From assembly GCA_964016885.1 (NCBI GenBank), contig OZ024742.1, forward strand, positions 308,574,001 through 308,638,000: a stretch of DNA of 64,000 nt, read 5' to 3'. Below, one piece after another: positions 41,812 through 56,249 of the stretch (position 1 is the first letter of the stretch; every line of letters begins with the position of its first letter). Below the pieces are notes generated by a model. The model searched no databases. It saw only the letters and a program-made list of their open reading frames with translations, and had not been told where the DNA came from. Position numbers and translations under genes: made by a program. The DNA comes from Eledone cirrhosa (Eukaryota).

Positions 41812-41964
41812 TTTACTGACTTGTCATTTCATCAGTCAGATGTTCTAATGATTCTTCAAAACAGCAGCACACATTATTCCCTCCTTCACCCATCTGAACT
41901 CTTGAACAGTCCATTAACACAATTGAGATACACACATATTTACAGAATATTTCCTTTATTGCTA

Positions 41965-42120
41965 TCCAGCATAGTTACGTCCCTTTACGGTCTGAGTTCA
42001 AATCCCGTCGAGGTTAACTTTGCCTTTCGTCCTTACGGATTCGATAAAATAAAGTACCAGTAATGCACTGGATAATTGCTGGCCTTATGCCAAAAAGTAG
42101 AAACAATTATTATTATTATT
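41965..42120 (+). mobile_element. OK-like SINE with (ATT)n tail
   Basis: Ends gaaacaattattattattatt. Confidence 0.85.
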
Positions 42121-42994
42121 GTTACTGTAAATAATATCATGTTTATACCGGAAAAGTTGTAATTGATTTGATTTTAGGAAGCGTTTCCTAAAAATTGTCG
42201 CTCTACCAATTATATCAATCTAGCTCGCATATTAACAATAACAACAACAACAATATGTTAATGGTTTTTAATTGAGGCACAATCTAGTAATTTGAAGAGA
42301 GTGTTAAATCGATTGAATCAAGTTCAGTACTTGACTGATGCTATATTTTAATGATTCCGGGCAGGGATGACAAACACGGTTGACCTCAGATGAGATTTCA
42401 AATCAGATGGCAACTAGCTGAAATAAATACCGCTCTATGATCATGGTAATAACAAAAAGTCCAACATCAAGGGTCAAATAAATTTATGAATGGTATGTGC
42501 TGAATGGGATGAGAAACAGAAGAAAAAGTTGATATCTACAGGAAAGCAATTGAAATTAGAGATTGTTTAATTACTGTATTACATGAAACAACGAGTCAGA
42601 TAACACGGAAAGGGTTTCTTGTGAATTAATGAAACAATATAATACTATAATACGACTTATTAGTAATGTTTCATTCAATATGGTGAGCTGGCAGAAATCA
42701 TGATGCACGGAACTACAAACACTAAATAACTATTCTGTCAGTCACACGAGTATTAGTTACACATTAATTTGATTAACTTGAACTGCTCTGCCTATGATTC
42801 TCTGTTGTCTCTAATCTAATCTAATGTTCCCTGAGCTGCCCCCAGTCATCATTAGAGCTTCAACTACCATCATGCTTCCAAAACAGATATTACACTTTAC
42901 TTGGCTTTCTGATGCCACCATTCTCAATACCTCCAATGCACAGACACACAGACACACACAAACACACACACATACACATACATACACAAACACA

Positions 42995-43041
<47 letters not shown>

Positions 43042-43073
43042 ATACATACACACACACACACACAAACGCACAT

Positions 43074-43150
<77 letters not shown>

Positions 43151-43365
43151 TATATACCTTTCATGGCCATAAAAACCTTTCCATGGCCATCTCAAAACAA
43201 CACTACAGAAAAATAGGTGGAATTAACTTGTATTTTGTCCGTGTGGTGTAGGTGAAATATTACCGCTTAGACTGGGGTTTAGAGTCTTCTGCTCTTTCTC
43301 TTTCTGTTTTTATTGCAAACATTATATATGTTGTGTGCATGATTAAAAACAAACTTCTAAACCGT

Positions 43366-43703
43366 CTCCATATACTACAACTAGTTTCCCGTAGTTGTAT
43401 CACTGACAAGAATACATAATAGCCAAAATATATTGAATTCATTCTCTATCTAGTAAATATGAGTATAATATTTACTAGATAGAGTGTACATGTGTATATG
43501 TGTACATGTGTACATGTGTACATGTGTACACTTAAAGTATTGCCCATGAAGATTCAGTGCAGCACAGTTTACAACAGAGCTGGCCTATTGATTTAGAGTA
43601 AATATACTCATATTTACTAGATAGAGAATGAATTCAATATATTTTGGCTATTATGTATTCTTGTCAGTGATACAACTATAGGAAACTAGTTGAAGTATAT
43701 GGA
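43366..43703. repeat. Inverted repeat (arms about 100 bp) with a nested hairpin and (gtgtacat)n
   Basis: 43366-43465 mirrors 43605-43703. Confidence 0.8.
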
Positions 43704-44079
43704 ATACTCAGCCACCAGCAAGTTAATTTCCTGTGGTGGAACAACTCGCGCAATCATCGGTGAAGCCGACGGAGCCCCAACATTATCTATATATTACAAA
43801 AACTCTGTGATTGCTTGCTTTCTTGCTTGTCTGTAATGTAATACAGCCAAAAGAGCGCATAATGGGAAAATACTTTGAAAGGAAGATGCACCTGGAATGG
43901 GAATACAAATGGATTAAAACAGGTTTCGCGTAAATCGAAGCACGGGTTCCCGAGATATGGGGTTTTTCTTGGAACCTTCATAAGAGAGAGAAGGATAGAG
44001 AGAAAGAGATAGTAGTTGTGAGACAGTAGATTGGAAAGAGAGACATAAAGGAGAATGGAAGAGAGAGAGCTGGTGGTGT

Positions 44080-44126
<47 letters not shown>

Positions 44127-44133
<7 letters not shown>

Positions 44134-45111
44134 TTGGCGCTCTGAAATAGCTATATATATATATATGAATGTATATATAGTGTATTTTGCAATACACTGT
44201 ATGCTTAATTAAAAGCATTTCGAACACCTTATGCTATTGTTTTAGAGTAGTGACAGTGTCATTTACTTTAAATTTTCAGCAAACAGGGGGCGATAAAGCT
44301 GACAGAGTTATGTTTCATACTGATTGGTACTTATCAAAGCCAAGTACCCCACCTGTCTGCTGAAAATCATGAATGTTTGATTCTTATAGAATTTCTAGTA
44401 ATAATCAGGAACTGATTATACAGAGCGGTTGCCGGTCAAGCAGAAATTGAAAATTAGAATTGGCGCTCTGAAATAGCTATATATATATATATATGAATGT
44501 ATATATAGTGTATTTTGCAATACACTGTATGCTTAATTAAAAGCATTTCGAAGACCTTATTCTATTGTTTTAGAGTAGTGACAGTCTCACTTACTTTAAA
44601 TTTTCAGCAAACAAGGGGCGATAAAGCTGACAGAGCTATGTTTCGTACTGATTGGTACTTATCAAAGCCATGTAGCCCACCTGTCTGCTGAAAATCATGA
44701 ATGTCTGATTCTTATAGAATTTCTAGTAATAATCAACAGCTTTGTATAATCAGTTCCTGATTATTACTAGAAATTCTATAAGAATCAAACATTCATGATT
44801 TTCAGCCGACAGGTGGGGTAGTTGGCTTTGATAAGTACCAATCAGTACGAAGCATAGCTCTCTCAGCTTTATCTCCCCCTGTTTGCTGAAAATTTAAAGT
44901 AAGTGAGACTGTCACTATTCTAAAACAATAACATAAGGTGTTCGAAATGCTTTTAATTAAGCATACAGTGTATTGCAAAATACACTATATATACATTCAT
45001 ATATATATATATAGCTATTTCAGAGCGCCAATTCTAATTTTCAATTTCTGCTTGACCGGCAACCGCTCTGTATAATCAGTTCCTGATTATTACTAGAAAT
45101 TCTATAAGAAT
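44127..45111. mobile_element. Retrozyme-like element: two tandem units of about 327 bp plus an inverted copy, three hammerheads
   Basis: ggct TTGATAA gtac caatca gtac GAAAC ATAGCTCT GTC agct at 44625-44669 (-) and 44297-44341 (-); mutated copy at 44824-44868 (+). Confidence 0.85.
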
Positions 45112-45328
45112 ATATACACATACAGACATATATATATATATGTATACAAACACACACATTTATATATATATACATATACAAACGTATATATATGATCCTT
45201 CCACTTTTATTTCACATTATATACAGTCTGTGTATATTTTAATTATTTTAAAATTATTTTTAAGTGAACATGATTTTTAAAAAAAATATTTTGATGTGAA
45301 TGTGACCTAACGAGGCCCGGGTGGTCTA

Positions 45329-45368
<40 letters not shown>

Positions 45369-45585
45369 ATATCCACCATCCGATAAACTCGACTGCAGTA
45401 ATTATAACCCATCTCATCCTAGACCGCTGCTTTTTTTAGTCAAGAGAAGGTAAAGTTTAGTGTGGATAAGTCAACAATTCCATGTTTAGAATTGGACATA
45501 TGTTGTTAACTATAAACATATGGGATTTCGTCTGCTATGCTTTTTTTTTCATTTCTTTGTTAATTTACTGGTTTGTTTGTTTTAG

Positions 45586-45633
45586 ATTATGTATGAAAAA
45601 CAAACATCTGATGGAACTCATCATGCAGAAATG
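45586..45633 (+). CDS. Candidate 48-nt host exon (IMYEKQTSDGTHHAEM), product unknown
   Basis: Long pyrimidine tract ..gttttag acceptor, open frame, G|gtacgt donor. No homology evidence. Confidence 0.3.
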
Positions 45634-45792
45634 GTACGTCTACACACATGTAAAGAATATCTGATTCAGGCAAAGTCTTACTCATATATATATGGATTTC
45701 TTTCTGCATAGACATATCTGTTTGAATGTTTTCAGTCACACAACACACACTGTTGCACACACACAAAAACACACACACACACACACACACAT

Positions 45793-45864
<72 letters not shown>

Positions 45865-45871
45865 TATATAT

Positions 45872-46103
45872 AAACCCAAAAGTGTGTGCAGCTAGAGAAC
45901 ACCTGAAAGCTGCCATGGACCAATTTTATGCTGATCCTACGGAGGAGAGGATGGACAAAAGTGACACAGAGGAGACTGAGGTTAGCTGGACATGCTCACC
46001 GACATCCAGAGTTGACATCCAGAGTTGACACGGCAGCGATACTGAGGGACAGAGACCGCTGGAGACAACTCGTCTATGGATCTTGGGAATTTTACCCGCC
46101 CTA

Positions 46104-46106
<3 letters not shown>
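45872..46106 (+). mobile_element. Internally deleted RTE-type LINE remnant in (TA)n
   Basis: Translates KVTQRRLRLAGHAHRHPEL and LRDRDRWRQLV, RTE C-terminal motifs. Confidence 0.6.
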
Positions 46107-47329
<1,223 letters not shown>

Positions 47330-48063
47330 CACATATACTTATTTTGTACTTGGAGTTAGCTTCGTGTGAAACTTAAATTTTCACATTTTCCATTCAAATT
47401 AGTTTTACGCCACACATTTGTGTATGTTATGTATGCGTGTGTATCTAACTTGCATGTGTTTGCATGTGTGTGTGTTCAACATGTGTATGTTTCCCTCTCT
47501 ATGAAGGTGAGAGAGAGAAAGAAAGTGTGTGTGTATGTTTATACCATATAGATTGTAACGACCAGCCTATTTTTTGCTGAGCCTTCGAGACTGACGAAAG
47601 GGAATATATGGATTATCCTCAGCCTGGGATCCTTCCTACAGAGTCAACTACACTAAAAGCACCTAAAACCTAGCTAATATTTCACCCAACAGTAGGTATA
47701 ATCTAGTCGATATTATATTTAATTTGATCGATTCTGTACATGAATAGTGTTCATTTTACACATGTGGGGTTGACAAAGAAGACGGCTCTGGCAAGATTGA
47801 TCTAAGAACGTAATAGAACATAACTAAATATAACAAATATTATCCTGGCTCACTACACTCTGGACTACCTACCCTACATAAGAACCAACTCTGCATAGCC
47901 ATTGGTCATAGGTTTGCTTGATCTAGGGCTGCAAAACAATTGCTAACATATGTTTATGCTGTGGTTATTGTTTAGTTTCAATTTAGGCTTAATCCATCAA
48001 AACCTGTGATCAAAATCAATCCAGATCACTCGTCTTTTATTTTTTTTCAAGCATATTGTAGAT

Positions 48064-48354
48064 CAGTCATGGGCAACCTGCGGCCCGCAAAATTTTATAA
48101 ATGGCTCGCCTAAGTCACTTAAGTGAAATCTTTCTGATTTTTTTACTCCAACTTTTCAGTCGTAATTTATCTTTCTATCATTTTTATGATCGAGGAAAAC
48201 AACGTGTACGAATTCTGAAAATAACAAATCAAAACAACCTGGGTTACTGCCTTTTTTTTAATGTGGGCACGAATGTAAATTAACGCTTGCGGCCCGCCTG
48301 ATGAGGAGCCATATCTTATGTGGTCCGCTTCTCGAAAAAGGTTGTTGATGCCTG
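48064..48354. mobile_element. hAT-type MITE
   Basis: TIRs CAGtcatgggcaacct / aggttgttgatgcCTG, subterminal gcggcccg motifs, 8-bp TSD ttgtagat/gtgtagat. Confidence 0.8.
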
Positions 48355-48853
48355 GTGTAGATAGAGCAACAATATACAATATATCCCTTTTAAAACAACA
48401 TGGTGTGTTTTGATGGAAATTTTTTTTATACATCTGGCAAGTCGAGCGACCAGGTACAAAACGAAAATAATGACACGGTTTCGATTCTTGAATGCAGTTA
48501 TTTCACTTTATGCCACTAATAGCTTTTAGAAATGCTATTATCTCAAAAAAAAATCAACGTTCTACTTCTCCGGCATAAGTAGATTCTTTAATCACGGAAC
48601 AGAATCTATTTGTCACATTAGTTTATAGGAGACTAATTTATCATCCATTAACTCCTTTATTTATATTGCGCTGCAGATATATAAACATGTATATATATAT
48701 ATATATATATATATACGTACACACATAATATACATATATATGTGTGTGTTGAATACTTATAACTGATGTCTATTTATTAAATATATATATATTTCTGTTT
48801 ACCTTTCACATACACATACACACATATATATATATATATATATATAAATATAA

Positions 48854-48891
<38 letters not shown>

Positions 48892-48986
48892 GTAGAACAC
48901 TGGAAGGTAATATCCGTAGTGCTAGAGCACTCAGTCCATGGGACGAGTTAGGTAGAAGTGGTTACACAACAGTTAGTTCACCATAC

Positions 48987-49024
48987 CGAGAACAATTGTT
49001 TCACCTTAGCGGATCCTCAGCTCG
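48987..49024 (-). ncRNA. Minimal hammerhead in a 150-bp island (48889-49039) between (TA)n
   Basis: cgag CTGAGGA tcc gctaa ggt GAAAC AATT GTT ctcg. Confidence 0.75.
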
Positions 49025-49061
49025 TAATGGGCATGGTTATATATATATATATATATATATA

Positions 49062-49248
49062 TAATTGTTTCTACTTTTGGCACAAGGCCAGCAATTACCC
49101 AGTGCATTACTGGTACTTTATTTCATCGACCCCGTGAGGATGAAAGGCAAAGTTAACCTCGGCGGGATTTGAACTCAGAATGGCAAGGGCCGTAACTCTA
49201 TGCGTCAAAGCATGGCGTCCGACCCTCTACCGATACTGCCAATCCACA
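49062..49248 (-). mobile_element. Young OK-like SINE
   Basis: Close match to 27932-28080 and 61877-62060. Confidence 0.9.
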
Positions 49249-50001
49249 ATGTGTCGTAAACTTACAATGGATGAGTATTTATTAATTATATATATATATA
49301 ACGTTCTTATATTAACCACAATGATTGGCATCTACAATTCAATGAACATTATAAACACGGAGGATATATTATAGTAAAGGAAAGGTTACCTAAAACACGA
49401 AAGCAACAGTGTGATCATTTAATAAAACGAATCATATTCTGGGGGAAAAGGGTAGTTCAATCTTACCTCCACGTGTTCCTGATAGAAAGCACCCCACCGA
49501 CTGAATTTCTGTACTTTCAAATATTACAGGGGCTTCTGTTCTTCAGATTAAACAGTAATGTAAGTTGATCATTAGGGGTGATTCTTAAGACAGTATATTT
49601 ATACATTAATCGCATTAAGGCCGAATAGTTAAGAAGCTAGTTTCGCAATCATTTGGTCCCAGGTTCGATTCCGCAGAGCAAGTGCCACATAACATAGCAT
49701 CAGGTCAACCATATGCTTTGTGAATGAAATTGGGGTGAAGGGAAACTGTTTGAAAGCTGTCGGATAGTGTACTTGTTATTCAAAGGATCAGTATTGTCAG
49801 ACTGTGTTACTCTGAATCCCTCTCAGAATTGCGTTAAAAGCACAAGAGTCCATTTCCACATTATTTTTTAGTCGGTTTGTCGAAAAGACTGGAACACTCT
49901 TAGTCGTAGCCGTTCACAATGTATCGCATGTTTTTAGAAATATTCTGACACGGCTGGTGTTTGATTTATTTCTATTTTTTTTCTTTCTTCTACACATTCA
50001 G

Positions 50002-50073
50002 GTATATATTCCTGACATTACTTTTACAGCCACGAGTGTAACAACTGGATTTTCTGCGCTGTACACTATTACA
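50002..50073 (+). CDS. Candidate 72-nt host exon (VYIPDITFTATSVTTGFSALYTIT), product unknown
   Basis: Strong acceptor tttttttctttcttctacacattcag|G, open frame, gtaact donor. Phase-compatible with 45586-45633. Confidence 0.3.
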
Positions 50074-50364
50074 GTAACTTTAATTTGGGATTCACTACAA
50101 GGCATAACTCCAGAATTATCTTGTGGGGCTGAGGAGCGATAAGAGCTAATAAAACCATGCTGAGCCCTTTAATGTAAGACTTCTTATACTTTGACAATTT
50201 CATCACACAGAATCTCGACAAACGTATTAGTTTAGTTTAACGCAATAGTGCTGTTCGCAATAATTGGAATGATGCAATTATGTTTCAACTTCAGAAAAAG
50301 AAAGGGTGGCAACCACAGAGGCATGGCTTGCTAGCCCAATGGCTGTAGAATATTCTACCTGCCT

Positions 50365-51469
50365 AAATAAGCCCATTGTAATTAATTACCTTCTGAAATC
50401 TTAGTGTAGTTTATGTTCTAGTAGAGGGAAATAAATAGTGTCTTCACAGCATGATACATGTAGAAGGGCTATATGTAGAAGTTGGGTATTGTGCAGGTTT
50501 TCCTTGATATGTTATCCATATTACTTTGGATTGATAATACAATTATTTTATGATGAAATGGTAGCATAAATAAATATCAATAGGAATGGGAAGGGGAACA
50601 TTGTTTTATGAAATGGTGTCAAATAGAGTGATATACTTGCCCCACCTCTTTCCCTATTATTTCCTTTTTAATGGTGAGTGTTGGTCTTCCTCGGGCACAA
50701 ATGAACAAGCATTACACACGCATGCACGCACACACGCACACACACACACACGCACGCACATACGCACACATGCACGCATATACGCACTCACTCACAATAT
50801 ATATATATATGAGAATAGACTTCCCTGATGACGAAAGGCTTCTCCGTACGTTTCTTCGGAAAGTATGTTTATTCCCTTTCAGAAACTAATTAGTTGGAGT
50901 GAAATTTTAGTAAGTTAGTTAATTTTATAATTTTCTTATTTTACGTCTCTCATATTATTGTTCTGCATCCCCATGCATTGAACCACAAAGTTACTAAGAC
51001 AAAACCTATATATTTGCTAGCATAAGTATGCATCTGTGTATATATATGTTACTAGATATACTAATTCTTTATAATTATCTCCAAATTATTTGGTCGAGCA
51101 AAAATTGGGCAAAACTACTACTATAGTAACAGTCCGGCTGCTGTCTTCTTAACAAACCACTCTTCACTGATTGACCTCGATGTCACGTGATTGATTCTTT
51201 TGAATTTGCCACCGACGCAGTAGACAGTGATTTTCCCAATGGCTTGGAATTTAGTCCACGCTTTGCTTTTTTCCATCCACTAAATTATTTTTGTATAAGT
51301 TCCCTGTGTCCACGTATTGCCTGGAAACTTAGCTGAGAATAGACTTCCCCGATGACGAAAGGCTTCTCCGTACGTTTCTTCGGAAAGTATGTTTATTCCC
51401 TTTCAGAAACTAATTAGTTGGAGTGAAATTTTAGTAAGTAAGTTAATTTTATAATTTTCTTGTTTTACG

Positions 51470-51507
<38 letters not shown>

Positions 51508-51890
51508 GTTATTCCGGGTTGAATCGGAGGTAACCACAGTAAGTAAGGTACTCAATACATTGCAGAGTATAACAGTTTTAATATAGATGAGATTCTACAG
51601 CTGTTTCATTTATTGATATTTATTTATGCTACCATTTCATCATAAAATAATTGTATTATCAATCCAAAGTAATATGGATAACATATCAAGGAAAACCTGC
51701 ACAATACCCAACTTCTACATATAGCCCTTCTACGTGTGTCATGCTGTGAAGACACTATTTATTTCCCTCTACTAGAACATAAACTGCACTAAGATTTCAG
51801 AAGGTAATTAATTACAATGGGCTTATTCCTGATGATTTCTAGAGAATGAAACAGTTCTAGTCCTGTAGAATCTCATCTATATTAAAACTA
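50365..51890. mobile_element. Inverted-repeat element (50365-50582 and 51612-51827) with a hammerhead at 51825-51871
   Basis: attc CTGATGA tttctagagaat GAAAC AG[ttctagtc]CT GTA gaat. The uninterrupted GAAACAGCTGTAGAAT is on the minus strand at 51592-51607. Confidence 0.75.
50811..51479 (+). mobile_element. Retrozyme-like element: 145-bp direct repeats 524 bp apart, each with a hammerhead
   Basis: ttcc CTGATGA c gaaagg..cctttc a GAAAC TAATTA GTT ggag; second core is CCGATGA; (TA)n flanks. Confidence 0.85.
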
Positions 51891-52439
51891 TATATATATA
51901 TATATATACATATACATGTATATATATACACATATATATGTATACATATACATACATACGCACGCACACACACACACTATATATATATATATATACATAC
52001 ATATTTACGCATACACAGACCTAGACACAAACGCGCGCACGCATGCATATATGCATACATACATAAATACATACATATTTGAATGCATGCAAATTCGTAT
52101 ATATCTCTAGAACTCTGTATGACAGCTTTTATATTATTTGCCAAGAAGCCTCAAGTATTTAATCGCACATTTGTACAATTGAAGAATTATTCAAGGAACA
52201 CATATAAGAGAAAGAAAATTATTGCAAATCTGTCATCTGGCTCTGTCATTTCAAAACTACAAGTGGTCTCACATGCTGGGACGTAATCTTTGTAGTCCTA
52301 TTGTAAATGGAATGGTTATTGCATATTTAATTACGCTTCTGGAATAGGTATCTATATATTTCTAACTTAATTGAAATCTGACATGATGTGTTTCAATGTA
52401 AGCATGTGATTAACTTTATGGTCTTTGTCGACAGAGCGT

Positions 52440-52870
52440 CGCAATAATGATTTCTGATTTAGATACAAGGCCAAACATGTGGTGGTGTTGAGGAGAAAGT
52501 TGATTAATTCGACTGCAGTGCGTTACTGGTACTTTATTTTATCGACCCCATAAGGATGACAAGCAAAGCCAAGCTCCGCAGAATTTGAACTCAGAGCGTA
52601 AAGGGCCGTAACTCTGTGTCACCATTACCACCTTAAGAGCGTCTCAATAATGGTTTCTGATTTAAGGGCAAGGTCAAAAATTTTGGGTGTGAGGGGAAAG
52701 TCGATTAAATCGACCCCAGTGCGTTACTGGTACTTTATTTTATCGCCCCCCTAAGGATGAAAAGCTAAACTAACCTCGGCAGAATTTGAACTCAGAACGT
52801 AAAGGTACGTAACTCTATGTCGCGAAGAACATGGTGCTTGACGTTCTACTGATACTGCCAATCTACCGTC
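52440..52870 (-). mobile_element. Two tandem OK-like SINEs
   Basis: Reverse complement of the consensus; agagcgtc(g/t)caa repeated at the junctions. Confidence 0.85.
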
Positions 52871-53396
52871 CTAAGAGCGTCTCAAAATTAAGCGGTGAAA
52901 TTCTTCAGTATGATGCACAATTATGTTTACGGAGATTTATACTCAAAGCAATAGCAATGCAGTAAATAATGCTTATTTCTTATAATTAGCTTGAAAATAC
53001 TTCACAATATATGAGGTTGTACAATGTCATAAAACAACTCAATGTGAGTGTAAATGAAGCCCAAACATTTCAGAATAAATCATGTCTTTACTTTCTCTAG
53101 CATAATTTTAATACTTCGTTGAATATACAAACACAGACACACACACATATACACATATACACATATACACATACATACATATACACACACGTGCACACAC
53201 ATACAAGCATGCATACGCACATATATACACTCATATTCATACACACATACACGCATGCATACGCACATACACACTTACATACCCTCACAGACTCATACAC
53301 AAAATCAAATTCACAGACTTCAGAAATTCATGTGATTGACGGTCTACGTAGCATTACATGAAAAGTCTAAAGTATATTTCCATTCCAAATACTCAG

Positions 53397-54222
53397 GTCA
53401 GTTCTTATCTTGGTTTCTGTGTAGTTAAGCGACTGACAGTACTAGACTCCTCCCTGGACAGGATGCCAGTCCATCGCAAGGTAAAACACCCAGCTATTGC
53501 TGGTACTCATTTTCAGCTCAGTGTACTTGAGCAATTCTGACAAGCAGCGGCGACGCGGAGCTCGACATCAACTGTCGGATTGGCAAAGGAGCCGCAGTTT
53601 TCCAGCGACTGTGCTCAGTCTGGTCGTCTTCATGCATTAGCACCAATACCAAGCTCCGCCTGTACAAGAGCATCGTGCTGCCGACAGTGCTTTATGCGAT
53701 CGAGACCTGGAAGAGTACGGCAAAAATAGAGAGACGGCTGAACGCTTTCCACCAGCGGTGCCTGCGAAAGATCCTTCGTGTGTCCTGGCGCGAGCGAGTG
53801 CGAAACGAGGTGATCCTGCGGAGAGCCGAGTCGTGGACGCTACAGAGAGTGGTCACGGAGCGTCGGTGCCGTCTGGCTGGCCATATTCTGCGTCTGCCAA
53901 ATGAACGGCATTCGAAAACAAGGATGAACCGGACTCCGCCTAGCGGTAAACGGAGGCGGGGTTGCCCAAGGATCACCTGGCGACGAACGTTCCGGAAGGA
54001 CCTGATGGCAGTCAATATCACCTGGCACGGTCTCGAAAAAGTTGCCGCTGATCGTGACCGTCGGCGAGTACTTACTAAATCTATGACTAAGACTAAGACT
54101 CAGTACTTCAACAACTTTAAATTAAGTGTTTTGCTCAAGTAAGCAACATAGATCCCAGACCAGGAATCGAACCCACATCATTATGATTGTAAGTCCAACA
54201 CCCTTACCACTAGGACACGCGC
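53397..54222 (-). mobile_element. tRNA-derived SINE (third family) split by an RTE insertion
   Basis: Head gtcctagtggtaagggtg..ggttcgattcc at 54160-54220; body resumes at 53535 with aaaatgagtaccag..gcgatggactggcatcctgtccaggg. Confidence 0.7.
53538..54101 (+). pseudogene. 5'-truncated RTE-clade LINE
   Basis: DINCRIGKG..TKLRLYKSIVLPTVLYAIETW..CLRKILRVSW..RLAGHILR..GKRRRGCPRITW; (GACTAA)n tail. Confidence 0.9.
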
Positions 54223-55674
54223 AGCCACATTACATAAATCATTGCAAAATACTTATATTTATATACTAGTTTACTATATAATCACCACACCTCTTTGAAA
54301 CTTAGTCTTATACTGCAATATGATGAGGAAAAGAAAGAAAACCAATATCTTTGACCCCACCATCCACTACTCAATATTTTATGCCTAGAAAGTTAGTTTT
54401 GTGAAATTTTCTCCTGGTGCATATTGATTTCCTGCAGTCGTCGTTTCAAGCGGAACCGTTAACGTTATCAATTTCAACAATCTGAGCAAGGGTCTTTCTT
54501 CCAGACCAAGCTAGGAATGTCGCAGCTGGAACGTCTTTAATTATAGGCTTGCTTACTTAGGACTGAATTGGCTAAACGAGTAACGAAAAATAAGAAACAT
54601 TTAGATGAAGACGAAAGTTTTCCACTAATGGTATGGATTATGTAAAATTCCAGACACTTAACAGAAATTCTGTAAACCACTTAATCTCGCGGTCTAGCAA
54701 TTCGTCTACTTCACTATCTTAATAGTAATATTAATCCTATAAGTACGGTAATTTGCTATAGATCAAAAGATAAATTGTGTTCGTGTCGTCTCAGTGAGCA
54801 TGTTTCTATTCCCGTATCCAGTCAACTCACCACCTTCAAATATGGGATTATATTAATCTGACAAGAAGCGACAACATCAAAATGAGAATAATAATTTTTT
54901 TCATTGTTACATATTACATTCACTTTGAAATCTATAAAGTAATTTTAGTGAACATTGTGTTTTATTAAGCTTTAGTCAGCGGTTCACGATGTCTCGTTGT
55001 AGGACGCCTGAGGAAGATGCCCCGTGAGGTGGAGTGGCTGTTGCAGCAGGTGTCGTTAGTCATTCTCCGTGACAATGTCTTCGCCATTCAGTCTGCGGGC
55101 ACGGCTGAATCACCACTCAGATTGGGGTGTATAGCCTGTCTCTCCCACCCCTCTCTCTTTCCTTCTATACTTCATTCCCTTATTTTTTCTTCCCCTTCCC
55201 TTTAACTGTTTCATTTAAATATGATTTTGTCTAACTTTACAATGTAATCGTATGGCATACACTTTGGTTATATATATTTAAATATCTTCATATATACACA
55301 TATATACTTCTTTTTTATATTCGTGTACTGTTATTCTGTTATTCTGAAAGATCCACGAAGAAAACAATACTTCATTTTTGAAAAATTTGATAAACTATAA
55401 AATCTCCATGAATATTATAAAAGACATCATGGGTATCAAGTCTACAGCACGAGATTTACAAAACATATATGCTGTTGAATATTTTAAAAACAAAATCAAA
55501 TGTTAATATATTACTTTTTTGGAAACTTACTATATAGCCGTCGTGTTGCTTGATGTCATTTGTTATTATGACTCGAATGTTTTCTGAAAACTGCATTTTC
55601 TATGAATGGCTCCAAAAATCTGTATAGCGATTCTTACTATAGACATTCTGACTACATATCTGTAGTATTGGAGT

Positions 55675-56205
55675 TGTGGTATCTCAATTCAGAGAAGTAG
55701 TGGCTCTACTTAGAGCGACTCCCTGTTCTCCGAACTACGCACTCTATCGACTAACGTTACTCTAAAGACATTTCGGAGGAACCCCATTTCGCCCGCTTGT
55801 ATTCTTTCTGACATTACCCAATATTGATGATTGTAAGTAAGGGTAGGCACGAACACAGAATTAAAGATAGCGAGTTAGTCTTTTGCACCTTGTGATGACC
55901 GAATGCTGAAGCTGGTGCATTACTGCACCAACTCCTGCAATTCTTGCACATAATTTCTTATCCTGCCTGCCATCACTCGTGAACACGACTAAGAGATATT
56001 TGAACACCCTGTGCTCCAGTAGAACTCCATTCACATCTACAGCACACTTCGAAGGCTTCCTCAAAAATGTATACCATGAACAAGATGGTTGTATGACTTC
56101 CATGAGTTCAGTTGGTATCTCTTGGTAATCCCACCGGTTCGACTGGAAGGCGTGTTTGAGGAATCGGCACCAACGACCCCACCAAGAATAATTTGTCGAA
56201 GAAGA
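55675..56205. mobile_element. Rex3/Expander-like RTE remnant with inversion (minus 55675-56060, plus 56080-56205)
   Basis: FKYLLVVFTSDGRQD..RIAGVGAVMHQL; both parts align to 58595-58905. Confidence 0.7.
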
Positions 56206-56249
56206 AAATTTTCTATGATGAATTTATTCCACAACATGACTATAACTCG

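Noticed and set aside
43660-43700. GAAAC TA GTT half-motif in an inverted repeat
   Set aside because: The upstream core reads TTGTCAG, too degenerate to count as a hammerhead.
48296-48345. CTGATGA..GAAA inside the hAT MITE
   Set aside because: No stem III or stem I; it overlaps the TIR and is probably chance.
54150-54222. tRNA-like sequence
   Set aside because: It is a SINE head; no complete cloverleaf. The same holds for 49620-49675.
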